NCBI RefSeq assembly: GCF_009914755.1 | Contig: NC_060929.1 | Reading direction: 5' to 3' (one strand) | From: the human T2T-CHM13v2.0 reference genome, Homo sapiens | Length of the DNA: 64,000 bases | Shown: positions 55,499 through 64,000 of the stretch, piece by piece | Layout: every line of letters begins with the position of its first letter | Position numbering within the stretch: position 1 is the stretch's first letter | Made by a program: the position numbers and the translations under genes | The notes under the pieces: generated by a model | Database searches by the model: none | The model's input: the letters and a program-made list of their open reading frames with translations, nothing else | What the model was told of the DNA's origin: nothing

Positions 55499-55815
55499 TG
55501 TGATAAAGTGAATTATTGGCCCCCATTCTTCATCCCTTCCTGCACCCATACCTATGCCACAGCCTCATTGTGGGAGGAGTATACTTCCCTCCCTTTGACT
55601 CTGGGCTTGGCAATGATATTTGCCTGAGTAATTGGATGCAGTGGAAGTGGCAGTGCACAAGCTCTGAGCTCAGGCCATCTTGTGCTCCTGCTCTTGTCTT
55701 GAGAAGAGCTTCCTTTAGATAGCTGTTGAGTCTTCAGCCTGGACAGTGAGTATCTCAATGACAATAAAAATGGATTGAAAACAAGCAGCCACAACTCGAT
55801 ATTCTAGACAAGACA
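55499..55815 (+). mobile_element. Old MaLR LTR (MLT1H/G-like), interrupted
   Basis: ggagtatacttccctccctttgactctgggcttggc...gcagtggaagtg. Confidence 0.6.
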
Positions 55816-55817
55816 CA

Positions 55818-56231
55818 TGCTGTAAATTGAACATGTTCCCCGTTTAGTCATATTTTGAGATCCTAAGCCCAGGTATGATGATGTTAGGAGGCAGAACCTT
55901 TGGGAGGGGATTAGTTCATGAAGGTGGAGCAATCCTTCTTGAATGGGATAAATGTCCTTATAAGCTTATGAGCTCATAAACTCAAACCATCAACCCAAGA
56001 AGACACACACAAGAGTGCTTGCTTTTTTCTCCTCTCTGCTTTCTGATACATGAGGACGCAATGAGAATGCAGCTGTCCACAAACCAAGAAGAGGGCTCTC
56101 ACCAAACACTGGATCTGCTAGCACCTTGATCTTGGACTTCCCAGCCTCCAGAACTGTGAGAAATAAATGTTTGTTGTTTAAGCCCCCTAGTCTATGGTGT
56201 TCTGGTATAGCAGCCCAAATTGATTAAGACA
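55818..56231 (+). mobile_element. MLT1A-type solo LTR
   Basis: gcaccttgatcttggacttcccagcctccagaactgtgagaaataaat...gattaagaca; TSD ACACA/ACATA. Confidence 0.88.
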
Positions 56232-57097
56232 ACATACAGCCCTAAGAAAGGGAGAGCTTCCTCCCCAGCCTAGTACACACCCAGTAATCTGCCACCACCA
56301 CTATCCCCACTACAGTCACAACTAAATTTATATTTCCTGAGTTTTCTGCAGATATAATGAAACCAACAGAATAAGAAAGAATGACATATCTCATTCAACT
56401 CCATTATAGATTAATTTCAGTTGCCAATCTTCAGTGGCTTGAGTACCAAAGACAGAAAAATACATCAATTGGCCCCTAGGACTGAATCCTTTCCTCTTAG
56501 GGCAGAGAAAAATAGAGTTTGTTATCACCATCACCAGGTTAAAATCTTTATGTGGAATGTTTCCAGGCAGAGACCTGAATGTGTAAAGAGGAAGAGACAG
56601 ATATTTCTTACTAGCAGCTTTTCTACAAGAAGAAAGACTGCTTTTCTAATTTGGTATATTTGTTCAGGTCTCCACTCTGGGCTCTTCCCCACAAGAAGTC
56701 CTAAGGAAGCATGTAGGTCCATGCCATCAACTAGGAGGACCTTGGAATCCAAATATTGGGAGGTTAAGTACCAAAAACATGTTCATCAAAAAGGTAGAAG
56801 ATGTGCTCAGTTGACTCTTTTAACTTTTATGAGCTGAATTTATTTTTGGAAGGTTTGCAGCCTAGAGTATGGTGGGGAACATATAATAAGATTATCTGCT
56901 GTAGGTCTTCACTTTCCTGCCAGAGAAAAACAGTTGGGAGAAACCCTAAAATCCAGGCCCACACTCAGCCCTTAGCACAGCCCATAAACTCAAACCATCA
57001 ACCCAAGAAGTTCCAGACCACTTCAATTAGCCATCAATCCAGAAGTTCCAAGTATGGAATGGTCTCTTCCATTCCAGGAACTTCAGCGCTTGTAAAC

Positions 57098-57570
57098 TGT
57101 GGCAAGTTATAATTCCAAAAATGGCTACAGCAATATTTCTGGTCCCGTATACTTTTCCAGAACTTTGTAACTCCCTATCAAGAGGTGGGATCTATTTCTC
57201 CTCCTCTTGAAACTGGGCAAAACCTTGTGACTGATGATGAATGCAATACAGTGAAAATGGCACTCTATGGATTCTGAGGCTAATTCATAAAAGGCTACCT
57301 TTCTCAAGATGCTTGTCCTTGGAACCCAGTCACCATATGAGAAAGCCCAATCAAGTCCATGTGGAGAGACCATTTGGTGAGGCCCATGTGAAGAGAAACT
57401 GAGGCCTCTAGCCAATAGCCAGCATCAATAACCAGGCATGAGAGTGAAGAAGCCTTCAGATGATTCCAGCTCCCAACATGTGAGTCTCCCAGCTGAGGCC
57501 CCAGACATCCTGGCATAGAGCAAGTTACCCCTTCTGTGCCCTGTCCAAATTCCCAACCCATTGAATCTAC
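57098..57570 (+). mobile_element. MaLR LTR (MLT1G/H-like), 3' truncated
   Basis: tcaagaggtgggatctatttctcctcctcttgaaactggg...gccttcagatgattccagc...cagctgaggccccagacatc. Confidence 0.75.
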
Positions 57571-57848
57571 AACAAAGCAGAGTTAGTATGTAAACTCAGA
57601 CTCCGAATCTCAAAAATCTCAAGGACCAAAAGCAGTAGTGTCCTGATACTCCTCTGCTGGTGTCTGATCACAATTGTATTGGCCTCAGCAATGTATGAAT
57701 AAAATGACCAGAAGAGTTAGCTCAGGCTGGAAGAAGATTGAGGCCATGCTTTGAGTGAGTAAGTTTTTGCCCCTTTAGAACTAGAAAGTGCTTAAGGGGC
57801 ATAAACGGGGAAAGTCAAGAGTGCCATGGTAGCACAAAGTAGGGTCAT

Positions 57849-58157
57849 GGCCAGGCATGGTGGCTCATGCCTGTAATCCCAGCACTCTCGGAGGCTGAGG
57901 CAGGAGGATTGCTTGGGCCTAGGAGTTTGAAACTAGCTGGGGCAACATGGCAAAATCCCATCTCTACAAAAAATATAAAACAAAAAAATTTAGCTTGGTG
58001 TGGTTTTGTCCACCTGTAGTCCCAGCTACTTGGGAGGTTGAGGTGGGAGGATCACCTGAGCCTCAGAAGTCTCAGAAGCTGCAGTGAAATCACACCACTG
58101 CACTCCAGCCTGGGGGACAGGAATGAAATCCTGTCTCAAAAAAAAAAAAAAAAAAAA
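57849..58157 (+). mobile_element. AluJ (first of a tandem pair)
   Basis: Dimeric Alu with internal duplication ctcagaagtctcagaag; A20 tail. Confidence 0.93.
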
Positions 58158-58161
58158 GAGT

Positions 58162-58471
<310 letters not shown>

Positions 58472-58749
58472 TCATATGGCAGAGGAAGAGCCTCCTAAGA
58501 AAAGGGTACACAATAGTGGAATGAGAGAAAAGAGCAGAGAGAGCCAGATGCCCACATGAGAAGGGTCTGTAAGTTATATAATACATTGTTTAAAAGTCTA
58601 ACCTATAGGTTTGAATCCCTAAGAAGAATAAAACAGTGCAAAAGTAACTTGTTTTTCTCAAGGATTACCGTGTTCCCAAAACTTTCATTTATGTTATCTC
58701 AATTTAACTTTATAACTTTGTGAGACATTTACCATTTTTATCACCATGT

Positions 58750-59300
58750 TCTCTTTTTATCTTTTATCATAAACAAGTTTCATTGTAAAAAATTAAAAAA
58801 AGTAGACATGTGAGAGTGAAAATAAAGATTCCCCTTTATTCTCTTACCTAACTCAATTATTCTCCCCATTTCAGAAGTGCCTACTGGTATGCTACATCTT
58901 TGTAGATGTACCACTAGAGTCTTATGCCTTTCTAGAGCTTTTTCTTTGTGCTAATAGACTTCCATATTTACACATATAGAGCTATTTAAAGAACATAAAC
59001 GGAATTATACTATTTTTGTGAATTTTGCTTTTGCATTTAGGGATCAGCATATATGATGCTAATCTCATTTCTTTAAAAAAAGTTTTAGGTATTCCAAAGT
59101 ATGGATAAACCACAAAATTATCTAGCTTCTCCCTCACTGATAGACCTAACTTTAGGCTATTACACATAATACTGCAACAAGTATCTTCATACATATATTG
59201 TTGGACACATGTGGGAGTATTTTTATACGATCAATTCCTGAAGTACTTTGATATGATGACTTCCGGACCAAGGCATGTACATTTTAAATTTTGTATGATT
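58750..59300 (-). mobile_element. L1ME-type 3' fragment inserted in a MIR (MIR halves about 58640-58750 and 59300-59430)
   Basis: Antisense L1 3' text; MIR core gagaagttaagaaacttggccaaggtcacacaa resumes after it. Confidence 0.65.
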
Positions 59301-59649
59301 CTAATTTTTAAGATAAGAAAACATATTGAGAAGTTAAGAAACTTGGCCAAGGTCACACAATTGGTAAGTGGCAGACCCAAGATTCAAACCCAAATTATCT
59401 GATTCCATGTGTTTGCTACTATGTGACGCTCTCTGGAAAGACCCAGATAGCATGAATCACAGCCAATGCCTATTAGATGCATCCTTGCATTTTCTTAAAC
59501 TTGTGCCTACTCTTCAGAAAGCGTTTCCTTGTAAAAAAAAATTAAGAAAACAGACATGTGAGAAAAAGAAAACTTATTTTCCTTCAGGAAAGAAGAAGGG
59601 AAAACAAAGCTGTGATTCCCACATAAATTTTAAGCAAAGAGGCTTACTT

Positions 59650-60042
59650 TGTATTAGTCAGGGTACATTAACTGCTATAACAAATAAACACCCAAATATC
59701 TGTAGAAAACACACCAACAGTTTATTTCTTGCTTGTGTCACAGTTCAAAAACAGAATGGTGGTGGAAGGAAGAGCTCTGCTCCACGCAGTCATTCAGGGA
59801 CCCAGCCTCCTTGCACATAGTTGCCTAAGATTCTGGAGCACTGCAGAGGACATAGACAAAGTAACCCTCTCTTAATCACCTTGGTTTGGAGGTTCACATC
59901 ACTTCCACTCAGATTTCATTGGCAGAACTCAGTCATATGTCTGAACCAAACTTAAAAAAAAGTTGAGTATTAACATCCAGCTGTGTACCCAAGAGGAAAG
60001 AAAACATGGTTTTGATGGGCACAGAGTATTGTCTCTACCACA
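59650..60042 (-). mobile_element. MLT1J/I-like solo LTR
   Basis: tgtattagtcaggg...gctataacaaa...gcagtcattcagggaccca...cattggcagaactcagtcatatg...gtctctaccaca. Confidence 0.78.
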
Positions 60043-60069
60043 GTGAGGAATGAGAGCACATGAAAAAAA

Positions 60070-60310
60070 TCAACTTGTATTGAGCAATTACTATATGCCA
60101 GAAAATGCTCTAAGTGCTTTCTTGTACAATCTCATGTGATCCTCACATCAACTCTGAGGTAGGGACTATTTCCTCTTTCACATTTTACATACGAGAAAAC
60201 TGAGAAACAGGGCTATTAAGTTACTTGCCTAAGTTAACACAATCAGTAAAGGGTAGAGCAGGATTCAGATAGACCAGCCCAGGGTCCACACACCCTGGAA
60301 TTTCTTTACA
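60070..60310 (-). mobile_element. MIR, near full length
   Basis: tattgagcaattactatatgcca...aaactgaga...ttaagttacttgcctaagtt. Confidence 0.82.
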
Positions 60311-60784
60311 TAACCTTTTAGTTCACAAATCAGCTTCTCTTTTCTTGAAGAAACCAACAAGCAGCACTATTTGTGTTACAAAAACAGTTTTACATACAAA
60401 TTGTTTTCATGTAAATGTATATGAATTTGTTCCATGAATGCTCTTTATTGCATCCTGGCCTTGACGCAGGACCTAATTAATCGTCTCTTTGGTTCCCCCA
60501 TTATTCTCTCTGGCAATCACAAATCCCTCTCTAAAAAGAAAACCTTCAAGTCTGGCTCTAAGAGGAAGGCTGGGGGAGAAAAGGAGGGGCCTTGTTCCTG
60601 TTTGAATCAATTGTTTACTTAACCCTGTGGCTGAAATATAAACAATTTTTTTAAGGCTAAAGAGAGAATTAAATTATTTCAATATAATGACTGAGAAGGG
60701 AGAGAGCCAAAGTCTGATGAGGTCTGAATGTGCATGAAAGCACCCACTATTTTTCATACTTTTTCTTATATACTGTGTTAAAAG

Positions 60785-60880
60785 TGTGGAGGGAGAGAAA
60801 GATGAAGGGAAGGGTAGAGAAAGAGAAAGGGATGAATAAGAGAGAGAGGAGGAAAAGTGAAGGAGGAGAAGGAAGTGAAG
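60785..60880 (+). repeat. GA-rich low-complexity purine tract
   Basis: About 95 nt almost entirely A/G. Confidence 0.7.
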
Positions 60881-61589
60881 GCAGCTCCAGGCACCTTGCC
60901 CAACTCCTTGGAGATAAAGTTAACGTTTGTTCGCTTGTCTGAATAAACAAAGCTAGTCTGATACTCATCTGATAGTCTCAGTTAAGTCAGTACTGAAATA
61001 GTTGTAAACTGAAAATACTGAAAGATTTGCACACTGGTTGGTTAGTATCCATTGCTCCCACCCATCACACTGGGGGCTTGGTCCATCCCCCATGACCAAG
61101 ACGTCCACACCACCCTGCAACCAAAAGAGTATGCCTAATACTGCAGGGAGCTCCTGGGGCCTCCTCCAGTACCAAGTGGGCATTGGCCAATCTTCCTGCC
61201 CTATAGGTTGTAAAATATTTTAAATATCACCCCTGTGCAGAAATCCTTATTCTGCAGCCTGGGAATGAGGTTGCCATTCTCCCTAGTCTTCCTCTCTTTG
61301 TTCACTCCTAACTGTCACTGGTTGAGCATCTGATGGTCTGAGAACAACAGTCACCAGGTCAGTCTGATGTCAGTCGTTAACTTGCCTTTGGTCCCATGCT
61401 CTCACTGCCCTATACTCAAAACGATCATAGCTAGAGGGGATTGTGTGGGCATGGAGGTGATGGACAGGCTGGGAGAGAGCGGGGGAATGGGGCAGGGTCA
61501 CTGTAAAGTTTTGAGGGTGAGAAGAAAAACCAGAAGCCTTCTTGTTCACATAAAAAAAGAATTCATATGACTCCCTGTTTTGGGTGCTG

Positions 61590-61830
61590 TACAGTTTATA
61601 TGATGTCACACAGTTTGTAAAACTCACATGCATGATCTCACTTGATCTTCATGCCAAATCTTTTGGTAGGCAGAGCAGGGGTGATGATTCTATTTTCACA
61701 GAGAAGGAAATGTGAGTCCAGAGAAGAGATGTGGCTTGCTGAGTCCTGCAGCTAAGATTTGAACTGTGGTGTGTAGATGCCAAGCCCAGCTTTGTTGGGA
61801 ACGAGCACTTGTTATCACGTTCTGCATTTC
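61590..61830 (-). mobile_element. MIR
   Basis: atctcacttgatcttca...tattttcacagagaaggaaatgtgagtccagaga. Confidence 0.7.
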
Positions 61831-62189
61831 TCACTTTCCTGCCTGCTCTTTCTGGCAGTTGTGAATTCCATTCCCAGACTAAAGAGGGTCCAGCCTGTTT
61901 AAATTTCACACCAGCAGCTCACCATTCTCTCTGTGCACTTTCCTAGGGACCACAGAGGGGCTGCCAGATGGCCATCACCTGAGGCCTTATGAATCTCCAA
62001 ATGGCCTGACCTCCAGGGCCCAACTCCATTTAGGGCCAGGCTTGACTATGAGGCTACTGAGGAGAAAGTGGGGACTACCTGAAGTTCCCAAGAAGAGTGA
62101 TAGGCTTGGGTCTGACATTAATCAAGATCCCTGGATTTGTATAGCATGTTACTTATTTTGATTTTGAGGATAAAATATCATATTCAATA

Positions 62190-62400
62190 CTAATATTTCA
62201 TCCTCATCCTTTCGTAGGTCTTTCATAATAACCGTGTGAGGCCATCAGAGTACACATCATTGCTAACATTTTATAATTGGAAATGGGATCTAAACAATAT
62301 TCAGTGACTGGCAAGGTCACACATGATGGGTGATTGCAGCCAGGCTGGGGCTCCAATATTCTGGCTCCCTGTCCAATGCTTGTCACTGCCCTGTGCCACC
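62190..62400 (-). mobile_element. MIR
   Basis: cattttataattggaaatgggatc...gtgactggcaaggtcacac. Confidence 0.6.
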
Positions 62401-62628
62401 TACTACTGCACACATATCCCATGTCCTTCCAGGGAGGAAAGAGGCTGTTTGGGCAGAAAATGATGATCCTTAGCTGCTAACTCTGTCAGCACAAAGAGAG
62501 TGGGACTGCAGATGACCTCCAACACTGAATAAACCAAAAAGGATTCATTTAACGTTTGAGAACAAATTCTCAGGTAAGAAATCTACCTTGTCCATCATAT
62601 TTTATTGTTTTAATAAAAAGTAAGAAAA

Positions 62629-63530
<902 letters not shown>

Positions 63531-63721
63531 CTCTCTGATTTAAAACGACTGAGACATAACAAGAGCTCAATAAAGAGGGTCTGTTATATCATCGTGATGG
63601 CTGGTAGCTGAAGTGAATGGAAGGGACCTTTCACCAGGACCAACCCACAAAACAGCTGAACGTACCCACGTCAGGAATGCAAATGAGGGAGGAGCACTGA
63701 GTCCTCCACAGACAATGGAGG

Positions 63722-64000
63722 TGACATGGTTTGGATGGGTGTCCCCTCCAAATCCCATGTTGAAATGTAGTCTCCAGTGTTGGAAGTGGGGCCTGGTGGG
63801 AGGTGTTTAGGTCTTGGGGACAGATCCCTCATGAATAGCTCGTTGACCTCCTTGTGAGAGTGAGTTCTTGCTCTGAGTTCATGTAAAACCTGGTTGTTTA
63901 AAAGAGTGTGGCACTTCCTCCCTCTCTCTCTCTCTCTTGCTCCTACTTGCCATGTGACACGCTTCTCCCCCAGTGCCTCCCCCTTCACCTTCTGCCATGA
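63722..64000 (+). mobile_element. MST (MSTA/B) LTR running off the window end
   Basis: tgacatggtttggatg...aaatcccatgttgaaatgta...ggggcctggtgggaggtg...ttaaaagagtgtggcac. Confidence 0.9.

Noticed and set aside
59368-59820. Longest ORF in the track (150 aa)
   Set aside because: Runs across MIR, A-rich and MLT1J sequence; non-ATG start, no recognisable domain
60990-61215. Possible hAT-type DNA transposon remnant ending aatatcacccctg
   Set aside because: Only one plausible terminus; family cannot be supported without a profile search

Overview
Primate (most likely human) genomic DNA, based on the Alu, MADE1, MLT2A/HERV-L and MST elements present. It is CpG-depleted and non-coding: I find no credible protein-coding exon, tRNA/rRNA gene, CpG island or CRISPR array, so it is intergenic or deep intronic, and I cannot name the locus. 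Much of it is layered transposable-element debris: about 14 Alus, many MIR/L2 fragments, MaLR/ERVL solo LTRs, hAT/Mariner MITEs and a near full-length ancient L1 (44.1-50.6 kb, minus strand). The main structured element is a doubly deleted HERV-L provirus (37402-40174). Its 5' LTR stub is fused through a microhomology to the RT region just after the YIDD motif, and a second deletion fuses the integrase zinc finger in frame to the dUTPase C-terminus. Several TE-poor islands carry clustered TCF/LEF, octamer, CRE, SOX and homeodomain motifs and are candidate enhancers. There are also several small DNA-repair or template-switch scars, the clearest being a 28-bp exact copy of sequence 1 kb downstream inserted into an LTR behind nested palindromes. 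I see no evidence for a new multi-gene system. Repeat subfamily names come from remembered consensus sequences, and boundaries of old repeats are approximate.
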